The position numbers and the translations under genes were made by a program. Positions 9,041-17,692 of a stretch of DNA of 28,253 nt are shown piece after piece. Source of the stretch: a virus (lineage: Duplodnaviria; Caudoviricetes); IMG/VR virus record IMGVR_UViG_3300027563_000034, positions 1-28,253 of that record; one strand, given 5' to 3'. The first letter of the stretch is position 1. Every line of letters starts with the position of its first letter. Under the pieces are notes generated by a model. The model was given only the letters and a program-made list of their open reading frames with translations. It did not search any database and was not told the origin of the DNA.

Positions 9041-9811
9041 ATGAAAACAGAGATACTTAACACATTGGAGTATTCTAAGAATTTGATTGTATCCCCTGAC
9101 ATGGATGGTTTTATGACCGCAAAATTATTAGAGCGTTTTAACGGTTCGAAAATAGTGGGTTCGTACGACAAAAATATTTTATGTCTCGCCGAGGATATAG
9201 ATCCGTCGGAATGTTTGTTCGTTGACTGCGATATGAATCGACAAGAGTTTGTATCTCTCGGCAATCATATGCGACTCTTAGAAGATAATATGTCCGTCGA
9301 GTCGTTTAATCCAAATGTTCACTTTGGTGTCACGACTTATAGCGACAAGTTTCCTTTCGCAACCGCTTTTTTGATAAGTTTCGCAACAGAGGTTCAAACC
9401 TCCGAGCAAGACCTTATACGCATGGCCTTCGCTGACTCAACTCTTAAGAACATGGAGAAATACAGCGACAACATGCGAAATTGGTCAACACGGATGGATC
9501 ATCCTGCAATAAAGTACATAATAGACAATTCGGACATTGCACGGGATAACGATAAGCAAGCAAGGTTTGATTATGTAGATCAATCATTTACATCTAAACG
9601 GTATGGCAAGGGACGTTATTTGAGTACCCTTAATAGGGCCTTAGAAGACCATGAGATGAGTTTTGAGCCATTAGTCCAGGGTGTTAAGTATGTGGCAGAT
9701 AAAGTAGGCCGAAACACCTTGGTACGATATCAAAAAGATATAATCTCATATGCAGAGATTTTTACAGATGAGTATAGTGTGACATACGACCAAGAAATAG
9801 AGTGGAAATAG
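9041..9811 (+). CDS. DHH-superfamily-like phosphoesterase (divergent)
   Basis: SPDMDG (motif I DxDG), FVDCD (motif II), GNH in place of DHH, and a later FADS. Confidence 0.5.
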   Translation: MKTEILNTLEYSKNLIVSPDMDGFMTAKLLERFNGSKIVGSYDKNILCLAEDIDPSECLFVDCDMNRQEFVSLGNHMRLLEDNMSVESFNPNVHFGVTTYSDKFPFATAFLISFATEVQTSEQDLIRMAFADSTLKNMEKYSDNMRNWSTRMDHPAIKYIIDNSDIARDNDKQARFDYVDQSFTSKRYGKGRYLSTLNRALEDHEMSFEPLVQGVKYVADKVGRNTLVRYQKDIISYAEIFTDEYSVTYDQEIEWK

Positions 9812-9892
9812 GGTTTGACGTCTATCTGCCGATACGCTATAATAGTTATACAACCGTTTTCGGTTTAACATGTTAATACCAAAGGAGAATAA

Positions 9893-10079
9893 AATGAAAG
9901 ATAGCGCAGTAGAAGTTATGTCTGAGACTGTTGAACAGTTTAACAGACAAATGGCAGGACAGCAAAATATGGATAGTGCACAAATTGAAAAAGTTATTAG
10001 CGAAAACTCTCATCAACTTCGTTACATGAATGGCATTATCTATGATGCATTGAAAGATAATGGTTATATTACAGAATAA
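9893..10079 (+). CDS. Hypothetical protein
   Basis: AAGGAG RBS; TTGACG-N17-TATAAT promoter at 9815-9843. Confidence 0.65.
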
Positions 10080-10585
10080 TGACTATTGCCAAAAGTGAAG
10101 AAGACTTATGTTTTCTATGCCCCGAAAATTCTAAAGAACGTAAAATTTGGAACCACGTAGGGGTCACTTTTGGACAAGAAGATTCACGATATCTATCTGT
10201 GTATATAGATCACGATTTTGAACAATACCAAACCTTAAACCTTGATAGCCAGCATAACTCAATATACAAAAATCAAAAATTCTATGTAGATGAAGAGTTA
10301 TTTCCAAATACGCCTTTTGAATTAGTTTTTATTCCAAATAAACATTATCGACAAACCAACGATATGCTAAATAGCCAAGAAGGACTTGACACTTTTGCAG
10401 ATATAGTGCAAACTATAAATGATCTTAGAGTATATTTAAATATAGATGAAATCTCTATTCATTTTAATGATCGATCCCCGAAATTTCATGGCCTTATGGA
10501 GCATCCGCATATTCATATAGCCACTCATAGCAAATCTGAAAATTTATATCAGAGAGCGAGAGACTTTTTTAATGAAAAATCATGA
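10079..10585 (+). CDS. HIT-family (histidine triad) hydrolase
   Basis: N-terminal CFLC, LVFIPNKH, C-terminal HPHIHI triad. Confidence 0.65.
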   Translation: MTIAKSEEDLCFLCPENSKERKIWNHVGVTFGQEDSRYLSVYIDHDFEQYQTLNLDSQHNSIYKNQKFYVDEELFPNTPFELVFIPNKHYRQTNDMLNSQEGLDTFADIVQTINDLRVYLNIDEISIHFNDRSPKFHGLMEHPHIHIATHSKSENLYQRARDFFNEKS

Positions 10586-10745
10586 AAATAAAGAATGGCT
10601 AGAGATCCAATATGTAGACCAGGAAAAATCTATTGATACATTAGCCAAGATGTGTAATGTAGATAAAAAAGTTATTATTCAATCGCTAAACGATTTTAGG
10701 ATTTACCGTAAATATGATCATACCAAACACCCTAAGCGTTGGTAG
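10572..10745 (+). CDS. Small HTH DNA-binding protein, 57 aa (not in the ORF track)
   Basis: KEWLEIQYVDQEKSIDTLAKMCNVDKKVIIQSL is an HTH-like pattern. Confidence 0.55.
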   Translation: MKNHENKEWLEIQYVDQEKSIDTLAKMCNVDKKVIIQSLNDFRIYRKYDHTKHPKRW

Positions 10746-10908
10746 GTCTTCCTAAGTCTTCCCAGAAAATTTCTCTACCCATGTTATCTGTTACTGGCAT
10801 AAGTTTAGATTCACATTCTGAACAAACCATATCTGAAAATATTTTTACAGCAAGGTTAGGCTTTTCTTCTATATCCCATGAATTTTCAAGATTGTCTAAA
10901 ATTCCCAT
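10732..10908 (-). CDS. Hypothetical 58-aa protein (MGILDNLENSWD...CSEC...)
   Basis: Translated by hand; TGGTAAAAT sits 5 nt before the ATG. Confidence 0.5.
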   Translation of the reverse strand: MGILDNLENSWDIEEKPNLAVKIFSDMVCSECESKLMPVTDNMGREIFWEDLGRPTNA

Positions 10909-10977
10909 AGTTCATTTTACCATAAATCTGAAAATATTGTCTAGATGTACGATACGTGTTTATAAAAATAAAATGAC

Positions 10978-11009
10978 AAAAAAATAGTGCGCCCATATCA
11001 GACGCACTA
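10978..11009 (-). terminator. Intrinsic terminator
   Basis: TAGTGCG...CGCACTA stem with a U-tract on the minus strand, downstream of 11025..11213. Confidence 0.6.
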
Positions 11010-11024
11010 AGATTTATTTACTTG

Positions 11025-11213
11025 TCAAACCTTTTTAGCCTTACCCTGTATCCAACCTGAGTGGATACCAGCAAGTGGTGCGTCTATGTTGATAGCCGTG
11101 CCTATTGGTAGCACTTCCGCATAGCGGTCAATGAATGATAGGACATTCTCCTTGTTAGGGAATTGCATCTTCTTAGTAGTACCTGTAACGCTTGTTAGTG
11201 TTGCTGTTATCAT
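11025..11213 (-). CDS. Hypothetical protein, paralog of 11822..11998
   Basis: MITATLTSVTGTTKKMQF vs MITLTLTSYNGNTKKMPF. Confidence 0.7.
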   Translation of the reverse strand: MITATLTSVTGTTKKMQFPNKENVLSFIDRYAEVLPIGTAINIDAPLAGIHSGWIQGKAKKV

Positions 11214-11336
11214 TTAATTACCCCCAAATATAAAGCATAGCGTTATTGCTACACCTACGCCAATAAAGGCTCCTATTGGTGCGCCGAAGTCACCATTCTC
11301 GTCTATCCAATCGATTACTGCTGTAAATGGGTTCAT
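11214..11336 (-). CDS. 40-aa membrane peptide
   Basis: MNPFTAVIDWIDENGDFGAPIGAFIGVGVAITLCFIFGGN; AAAGGA RBS. Confidence 0.55.
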   Translation of the reverse strand: MNPFTAVIDWIDENGDFGAPIGAFIGVGVAITLCFIFGGN

Positions 11337-11366
11337 TTTCTGTCCTTTGTTAGTTTGTATAATGGA

Positions 11367-11576
11367 AGTATAGCAGGATAGACTGACAAAAGCAACTCGA
11401 CACGCCGTATATAGGGCCTATGTCTATGTGATATACACCACATCGATCCCCTAGAAAAAAGTTATCCACAGGGTGATGTGTATAAGTAATGTGATGTACC
11501 TCATATGTGACTAATCTCACAATGTCCGATTTACACCATTTATACCCCTCAAAATGTCAGACCCCCCTGCTACAAT
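11367..11576. promoter_or_regulatory. Divergent promoter cassette with Crp-type, DnaA and CGACACGCC boxes
   Basis: TGTCAG-N10 promoters at 11367-88 (-) and 11555-76 (+). Crp-type boxes at 11427, 11490 and 11506. DnaA boxes at 11462 and 11477. CGACACGCC at 11398. Confidence 0.75.
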
Positions 11577-11633
11577 TACAGTATAAAGAAAAACAAGCGG
11601 TAAAGAAATCCGCTAAAGAAAGGTGGTCTTAAA

Positions 11634-11822
11634 ATGACTACATTAACAATAACAAAATGCTCAGAGTTTTCAGAGCATAATCCTATGAAATCTGCTATCT
11701 CAGAAATTGGAGATGAGCAATTTACTTTCTGCCAAGATTGTGAAAATAACATTGAGCGTTGGTATGATGATACCGACCCTGAGCGTCTGCCTATGTGGAC
11801 AAGATGGAAGGTGACTAAGTAA
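11634..11822 (+). CDS. Hypothetical Cys/His small protein
   Basis: GAAAGGTGG RBS; C...H...CQDC. Confidence 0.65.
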   Translation: MTTLTITKCSEFSEHNPMKSAISEIGDEQFTFCQDCENNIERWYDDTDPERLPMWTRWKVTK

Positions 11823-11998
11823 TGATTACTCTTACACTTACATCTTACAATGGCAATACTAAAAAAATGCCTTTCATTACCGAACAAAAATTGCGTGAGT
11901 TTATCTCTGCGCTACCTTCACAATTAAATAAATCAACAACTCTAAAAGTAGAGTGCGACCTGTTAGCAATTAACGGAATTATTAGAGGGGAAAAATAA
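11822..11998 (+). CDS. Hypothetical 58-aa protein, paralog of 11025..11213
   Basis: TAATG coupling; sequence similarity to the paralog. Confidence 0.65.
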   Translation: MITLTLTSYNGNTKKMPFITEQKLREFISALPSQLNKSTTLKVECDLLAINGIIRGEK

Positions 11999-12656
11999 AT
12001 GAGTATTTGGACTAAGTTCGCTACTGTAAGCGATTACCCTAAAGGCTTAATGAACCTATGCCCTTGCGGTCAGGTTGTATTAGCCCCCGCCCTGTATCAC
12101 GAAGGGCAACCTTATTGGGAAAATCCTAATAAGTGTAAAGAACTATTTGAGGGAGTAAATAAATGAGTACCTATGTACCTATCAAGTCAGTATGCGGTGC
12201 GGTTAGCACTACCATTGACATCTATGACTATGACCTAAACCCTAATGGGGTTGTGTGTTGTGATAATTGCGAAAGCATACTGTTATGCCGTAAGGCGTGG
12301 GACTTTCTCTATAAGGTAGGTAAGTAAATGAATACACACGATAAAAGAGAATTAGCCTACGCATTAGCAAAAGAAAAATACGGAGATAATGCTCTCTCTG
12401 CCCTATGGGGTAGTGCTGGTGTACTACTTAGCGATAAAGATTTAGATACTGTAATTAGAGTAATGGAGAAATAAATGAATACACTACAAGAAAAACTTGA
12501 TCGTGCTGCTAAAGAATTAGAGCCAATACTTTGGGAATTACTAAATGAAATTGAGGAAAATAAATGAGTAACTTTTTTATTAGCGGTAACGCATTGTTTT
12601 GGTTTTCTTTTATTTGCTTATTCTATGGATCTTATTTATTCGTGAAGGGCGAATAA
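11999..12656 (+). CDS. Run of five coupled micro-ORFs: 11999-12166, 12163-12327, 12328-12474, 12475-12567, 12564-12656
   Basis: Translated by hand; each start abuts or overlaps the previous stop and has a purine-rich RBS. Confidence 0.6.
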
Positions 12657-12659
12657 AAA

Positions 12660-12886
12660 ATCCTAGCAAAAAGTTATCCACAGGGGTGTGTATAACTAAT
12701 GTGAGATTAATCACATACGACACGCCGTGTTTAGATTTGACTTTTTGACATTTCTTTGCTATACTTACATAGTAAGAACAATTAAATAAAGACATTAGCC
12801 AATGAGCCTAAGCAAATAAGTGTGAGATAAATCACAATGAGCCTTAGCAAATAAGTGGCAATAATGTCAGTGCCCCCTGATAAGAT
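12660..12886 (+). promoter_or_regulatory. Promoter cassette 2
   Basis: CCTAGC 12662; DnaA boxes 12674 and 12687; Crp-type boxes 12700 and 12821; CGACACGCC 12718; TGCTATACT ~12757; TGTCAG promoter 12865-86. Confidence 0.75.
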
Positions 12887-12915
12887 AGTCTTATCACTTA
12901 AAGAAAGGTCAAATA

Positions 12916-13035
12916 ATGACACTTGATGAATACAAGCAAATGGTAGAGGCTCAACGCCTTGCCTCATTAGGTAAAGGCTTAGAAGCCCTAATGAAATCAA
13001 AAGCAATCCAAGACAAAATGAAAGAAGGAAAATAA
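12916..13035 (+). CDS. 39-aa hypothetical protein
   Basis: GAAAGG RBS; TAATG coupling to the next ORF. Confidence 0.55.
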   Translation: MTLDEYKQMVEAQRLASLGKGLEALMKSKAIQDKMKEGK

Positions 13036-13235
13036 TGTCAGCAAATATTTACACAATAGAAAACCTACTTGTAGGAAAAACTTATCGCTCAAATACCTTA
13101 ACAGGTGAAATCGTATCTGCTCAAATCCACCCTAAAGCGGTTTGGTATGAAGGCGCAGAGGCTTATCTTGTAGAAGTCCGCAAGCCTTATGGCGGTTACA
13201 CTTATCGCACTCTTGCCGTAAAGGTTGGTGACTAA
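13035..13235 (+). CDS. Hypothetical protein
   Basis: ORF track; coupled start. Confidence 0.65.
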   Translation: MSANIYTIENLLVGKTYRSNTLTGEIVSAQIHPKAVWYEGAEAYLVEVRKPYGGYTYRTLAVKVGD

Positions 13236-13379
13236 ATGATAAACTCAGTTATGTCGATACCCTGCGAGGAATGTCACTCAACAGGTTTAATCTTTTTTGG
13301 TGATAATGATAATTTTGATGTTGAAACTTGTGAATGCGATTTTGGCATTGAGCAAGACCTAAACCAATTTAACAACTAA
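13236..13379 (+). CDS. 47-aa Cys-rich protein
   Basis: CEEC...CEC; abuts the previous stop. Confidence 0.55.
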   Translation: MINSVMSIPCEECHSTGLIFFGDNDNFDVETCECDFGIEQDLNQFNN

Positions 13380-13398
13380 AGAATAGGAAATAAAATAA

Positions 13399-13605
13399 AT
13401 GACTAAAGTAGAACACTCTCTAAAATTCGTAACAGAATTTGATGAAACTCACCCAATAGGAAAGTCAGCACTTGCTATTCCTCACTCAGATTTGGTAGCA
13501 ATGCTTGAAGGTATGCTAAAAGATTTGGTAGCGCCTGCTCTCGGTCCTGTCCTTGATGAAATAAATGCTCGTGGCACTTACGCAATTCTAAAGGTGGCCG
13601 AATAA
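13399..13605 (+). CDS. Hypothetical protein
   Basis: ORF track; AGGA RBS. Confidence 0.65.
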   Translation: MTKVEHSLKFVTEFDETHPIGKSALAIPHSDLVAMLEGMLKDLVAPALGPVLDEINARGTYAILKVAE

Positions 13606-13793
13606 TGATGACTCGTAAAGACTATGTCGCTACTGCTAAAATATTATCAGACTTAAAATATTCTATTAACAACAATTTAATTTTTGAAGATTTAGTAGAT
13701 TCTTTTTCAGAAATGTTTGAAGTAGATAACGAAAGATTTGACCACGTTAGATTTTTTAATGCTTGTAATAAAGAATTGGAGATGTCAAATTGA
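13605..13793 (+). CDS. Hypothetical phage protein (MTRKDY...DNERFD...F..AC)
   Basis: ORF track; coupled start. Confidence 0.65.
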   Translation: MMTRKDYVATAKILSDLKYSINNNLIFEDLVDSFSEMFEVDNERFDHVRFFNACNKELEMSN

Positions 13794-13942
13794 TTTTAGA
13801 TAACGGAACACTAATTGCAATTGTAATTGCTTTGGCGGGATCTCTTTCAATGATGTTGGTATTTTGGAAACAAAATATTGCACAACAAAAAGAAATTCGC
13901 AGACTGCAACTTACTTTGCGAGATGAACGACTTAAAAAATAA
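13790..13942 (+). CDS. 50-aa membrane protein
   Basis: TTG start overlapping a TGA; TM helix followed by a basic coil. Confidence 0.5.
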   Translation: MILDNGTLIAIVIALAGSLSMMLVFWKQNIAQQKEIRRLQLTLRDERLKK

Positions 13943-13948
13943 AATAAA

Positions 13949-13975
13949 ATCCTGAGCAAGATCTAAAACTGCTCA
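13949..13975 (+). ncRNA. Pseudoknot motif, copy 1
   Basis: ATC-CTGAGCAA-GAT-CTAAAAC-TGCTCA. Confidence 0.65.
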
Positions 13976-13979
13976 AAGA

Positions 13980-14137
13980 TTTTCCTAGCGTGTCGTCCAC
14001 AGGTTATCCACAAGTCATTTAAGAAGTTATTTACGACACGCCCGAAATTTTGTGAGTTTTATCACATAGGTTGAGCGTCTTACTATTTGGAATTACTCGC
14101 CAGTAGGTAGATAAATGTCAGCCAAAGATGATAGGAT
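13980..14137 (+). promoter_or_regulatory. Promoter cassette 3
   Basis: CCTAGC 13984; GCGTGTCG 13988; DnaA box 14004; CGACACGCC 14034; Crp-type box 14051; TGTCAG promoter 14116-37. Confidence 0.75.
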
Positions 14138-14170
14138 TACATAGTAATAAGATAAAGAAAGAAGGCAGAA

Positions 14171-14863
14171 ATGACCTCAGTAATAATAGACCAAAATGAG
14201 TTTTATCTCATTAAAGACGAAATGCTATTTTGTTGTGATGAGCAACAGTTTAAGCACACTTGTAAGACTCACGGCGAGGCTATGGGTTGTTACTATTGCG
14301 AGTTTGATTACTCACAGAATTGCGAGGAGCAACACTAATGGGATACATAGAAATATTTAGAATTGACAACGAAGGCGCAGGGTGGGTAGACTTGGAGCAA
14401 GCAACACCCGATGAATTATTTAATTTGGAAGTGGGCTTACTTAATGAAGGCGCACTATTTACTACTAAGGAGAACGACTAATGGACTATGAATATTCAAT
14501 AACAGTAACCTATGATAGCGCAACAGAACCTAATTGGGTTGGTCGCTATGATAATGCACTTTCAGCAGTAACAGAGTTTAACAAAATTGTTGATTGGGGA
14601 TTTGCTGATGAGTATGCAACAGTTAATCTATCAGAGCCAAATGGGAAAATGCACACACGCACTTTCTATCGTGAAGGCAGAAGGGTTGTGACTAAGTAAT
14701 GGAAACTTTCGAATTTAACACTTTTATAGATGTCGAGGCAGAGTCGTATGATGAAGCCATTGATGTCTTTCAATTCCAATTAAAGTATGGAATAAATAAA
14801 GATAATGTCTATGTCGCAGACATAAAGCAATTAACTAACAACAACGAAAGTGTAGAGGTATAA
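14171..14863 (+). CDS. Four coupled small ORFs: 14171-14338, 14338-14481, 14481-14699, 14699-14863
   Basis: TAATG overlaps; RBS upstream of each. Confidence 0.65.
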
Positions 14864-14866
14864 ATA

Positions 14867-15154
14867 ATGGGAAGCGTAACAGCAATTGGATTAGCAGATA
14901 GCGTGTTAGATTTAGAAACACAATTAGCGTATCACTTACAGGGTAATCACTACCCACCCGTACCACTTTCTATGGTACAGCCTTGTATTGATGCTATTGA
15001 TGCTTACTATGATGAGGACTATGATAGATTTATTGCTATGCCTGAAGGCGTATTCTATAAGGGTATGAGTCACGCACCTGCCCACGCTATTGTAGACCAA
15101 CACCACCTATCTTGGTTCATTGACCCAGTAGATGAGTATGAAGATGAAGAATAA
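14867..15154 (+). CDS. Hypothetical phage protein (HLQGNHYPPVP)
   Basis: ORF track; GAGG RBS. Confidence 0.7.
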   Translation: MGSVTAIGLADSVLDLETQLAYHLQGNHYPPVPLSMVQPCIDAIDAYYDEDYDRFIAMPEGVFYKGMSHAPAHAIVDQHHLSWFIDPVDEYEDEE

Positions 15155-15176
15155 AATATCTGATACAATGAAAACT

Positions 15177-15395
15177 ATGGAATTGATCCACGCAGATAAC
15201 TTAGAGCCTAATCAATTAATGCTTGGTGATTTAATTAGAATTGACAATGACATTGTTGAAGTAATTTTTATTGAGTGTGACTCAACGGGAGATAACTATG
15301 ACATACAAACCGAAAATGAATTTGGTGAAAGAGAAATAACGCAGTATAGTCATACTGATTTAATTCAGTTGTATGTTTTTATTGAAGAAGAATAA
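15177..15395 (+). CDS. Hypothetical protein
   Basis: Probable leaderless start (TGATACAAT-N7-ATG). Confidence 0.6.
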   Translation: MELIHADNLEPNQLMLGDLIRIDNDIVEVIFIECDSTGDNYDIQTENEFGEREITQYSHTDLIQLYVFIEEE

Positions 15396-15402
15396 TAAAG
15401 TT

Positions 15403-15500
15403 AATTTTGTGTGCTTCCCCGCACAAAATTTCCTAGCGTGTCGATGTGAGATTGATCACAGATTTAAGATTTGACATTTTAAGACAATGTATGCTAAGAT
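15403..15500 (+). promoter_or_regulatory. Hairpin plus promoter cassette 4
   Basis: AATTTTGTG...CACAAAATT stem; CCTAGCGTGTCG 15432; Crp-type box 15445; TTGACA 15471 with TGCTAAGAT. Confidence 0.7.
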
Positions 15501-15506
15501 TAGTTT

Positions 15507-15665
15507 ATGACAACAAAGAAAAATGCTGAGGAATTGCGTAGACTTATGGAACTACGCCGTTCTAATGCTGCCACTTATGTTAAGTCTAAAAAGGCCTATA
15601 CTCGCAAAGGCAATAAATGTCAGTCCGAAATGCTACAATTAATAAACAACGAAAAAGGAGAATAG
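15507..15665 (+). CDS. 52-aa basic protein (ELRRSNAA...YTRK)
   Basis: Leaderless (TAAGAT-N6-ATG); translated by hand. Confidence 0.55.
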   Translation: MTTKKNAEELRRLMELRRSNAATYVKSKKAYTRKGNKCQSEMLQLINNEKGE

Positions 15666-15670
15666 CCCCT

Positions 15671-15847
15671 ATGGGAAATATCGCAGATGAATTCTATGAT
15701 GAATACTATGCCACAACCTGTCCCTCTTGCCGTGAAAATGCGGTTGATGAATTTGAAGAAAAATGTACACACTGCTTACTTGAAGAAATGTCCGCAACCT
15801 ATAATGAAGACATTGCCTTAGAGATGAGCCTTGGCCTTGACTACTAA
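15671..15847 (+). CDS. Small Zn-finger-like protein
   Basis: CPSC...CTHC; AAAGGAG RBS. Confidence 0.6.
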   Translation: MGNIADEFYDEYYATTCPSCRENAVDEFEEKCTHCLLEEMSATYNEDIALEMSLGLDY

Positions 15848-16571
15848 TACCCTTAAACTAAAACGCTCTAATGATAGAAAGGTCGCTAATCTTGTCACTA
15901 AAAATGGAAAGCAAGCCGCAATTGCCAACACCTTTGGATTGCCTGCTGGAAAGGCTTTCTCGTGTCCTGGTGCCACTACCGTATGTGAAAGCGTATGCTA
16001 CGCAGGAAAACTCGAAAAAGTATTCCCTGGAGTAAGGGCCAACCTTTTACACAATTGGGAATTGCTACGCAATGCCGATATGGACACAATGCTCATTCTA
16101 TTAGATGAGATGATCGTTGAATTTATTGCTGATTGTGAAAAAAAGAATGCCCCTAAGTTATTCCGCATACACTGGGACGGTGACTTCTTCAATGACACTT
16201 ATACTTATGCCTGGAAAGTAATTATTGCTAATCATCCCGACATTCAATTTTGGGTATACACTCGCGTTAAGTCTGCAGCGCTTATTCTTAAGGATATTGA
16301 TAATCTGTCTCTTTACTTTAGCACTGATAGTGAGAATGTAAAGATTGGCGTTGACTTAAAAAATAATCAAGGCATTCGTCTTGCATACCTTGCTAAGAAT
16401 TTTGCTATCGGTCAAGCAGATATGAAAGAAATGATTGGTAAGCCTGGTGCTAAATGTCCTGAAAATCTAAAAGCAATTCCACTTATCTCAACTAATGGAA
16501 GCGCTTGCGTTTCTTGCGGATTGTGTGTATACTCTAAAGCAGACATAGTTTTTTCTGCGACTAAGAAATGA
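15831..16571 (+). CDS. Gp88-like phage protein (Cys-cluster, radical-SAM-like)
   Basis: FGLPAG..CPGAT..C...CYA, FRIHWDGDF, WVYTR, C-terminal CP...CVSCGLC. Confidence 0.75.
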   Translation: MALTTNTLKLKRSNDRKVANLVTKNGKQAAIANTFGLPAGKAFSCPGATTVCESVCYAGKLEKVFPGVRANLLHNWELLRNADMDTMLILLDEMIVEFIADCEKKNAPKLFRIHWDGDFFNDTYTYAWKVIIANHPDIQFWVYTRVKSAALILKDIDNLSLYFSTDSENVKIGVDLKNNQGIRLAYLAKNFAIGQADMKEMIGKPGAKCPENLKAIPLISTNGSACVSCGLCVYSKADIVFSATKK

Positions 16572-16880
16572 GATAAATGAAAATTGCACTGTTAATGATA
16601 CTAACGTACATTGTTATTATTACTTTTTTTTCAAGTCCCCGCTGAAAAGTGGAGGGCCTAGCAAAATCCTAGCGCAAAACTTTTGGTTTGTCAAGTGTTT
16701 AAGATGTGTTTAAAATCACGCTCAAACTCCCCGATTTGACATTTCTTAGATTTTCTGTCATACTTAGGTATAACCAAATAGCAGTTCTCACATAATGAGA
16801 TTATCAGATAATAATTTGATAAATGTCAGTAGGAAATGTTATACTTAGGGTATCAACTAAACAGAAAAGGAAAAACAAAA

Positions 16881-17048
16881 ATGGCAGTAACAAACGCAAC
16901 TTACAAGGTCGGCGACCTATACACTTCACAGAAGTCAAAGGTAACAGGCACTATCCAAGAAATCTCACCAAGCAAAGACGGACAATCAGTTCGTATCAAG
17001 TTAGATGTTAATGGCGCAGTTCGCTACACAACTTGGACAGCAAAGTAA
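16881..17048 (+). CDS. Hypothetical 55-aa protein
   Basis: AAAGGA RBS; TGTCAG promoter at 16824-45. Confidence 0.65.
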   Translation: MAVTNATYKVGDLYTSQKSKVTGTIQEISPSKDGQSVRIKLDVNGAVRYTTWTAK

Positions 17049-17074
17049 TCTAACAAGCCAGTTAGAAAGTAACT

Positions 17075-17105
17075 TAGTCCTAAGTATGACTACAAAAACT
17101 GCTTA
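17075..17105 (+). ncRNA. Pseudoknot motif, copy 2
   Basis: TAGTC-CTAAGTAT-GACTA-CAAAAAC-TGCTTA. Confidence 0.65.
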
Positions 17106-17145
17106 ACACCCCCACTAATAACCCACAAAAGAAAAGAGAAAACAG

Positions 17146-17568
17146 ATGGCAAGAGCCAAAGCAATAAATGTAAAAATCCCAACAGTTCGAGTAATCGCAG
17201 GATTAGAGGAAGCCTTAGCAACCTTAGAGGCAGACTACGCAACACAATCAGCAAAAGAAGCAAAGCACGAAATTGCTAAAAAGGCTTGGCAGAAAGAAGT
17301 CCAAGACTACGCTATCGCAAACATCAGCAAAGCAGAAAACTTCCGCACTAACTATCGTAATTGGTCAAACAATCTTAACATTGACTTCGACCTTACAGTA
17401 TTAGAAAAAGATTTGCCTAAAGAGCCTGAGCAGGACTTCGAGGTAATTCATCAGCACACTTATCGTGAGTCAAAGAAAGAAATCTCAAACGCAATTCGTC
17501 TGCTAAAGATGACAGATGAGGAAGTTGTTAGCACTTCTACCTACAACGCAATCGCCCAGTATCTCTAA
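17146..17568 (+). CDS. Hypothetical protein
   Basis: 140-aa ORF. Confidence 0.75.
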   Translation: MARAKAINVKIPTVRVIAGLEEALATLEADYATQSAKEAKHEIAKKAWQKEVQDYAIANISKAENFRTNYRNWSNNLNIDFDLTVLEKDLPKEPEQDFEVIHQHTYRESKKEISNAIRLLKMTDEEVVSTSTYNAIAQYL

Positions 17569-17577
17569 TTAGATACA

Positions 17578-17605
17578 CAACCTGAGTATGTTGCCAAACT
17601 GCTCA
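17578..17605 (+). ncRNA. Pseudoknot motif, copy 3
   Basis: CAAC-CTGAGTAT-GTTG-CCAAAC-TGCTCA. Confidence 0.65.
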
Positions 17606-17692
17606 CCTCCCCCTCCCCCACGATCACCAGGGCACTTGACAAATGTCAGACCCACACAGTATAATTAATATAAACAACAAGAAGGAGCCCCA

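Noticed and set aside
12801-12857. 22-nt direct repeat as a mini-CRISPR
   Set aside because: Only two units, a 13-nt palindromic spacer, and no cas genes in the window.
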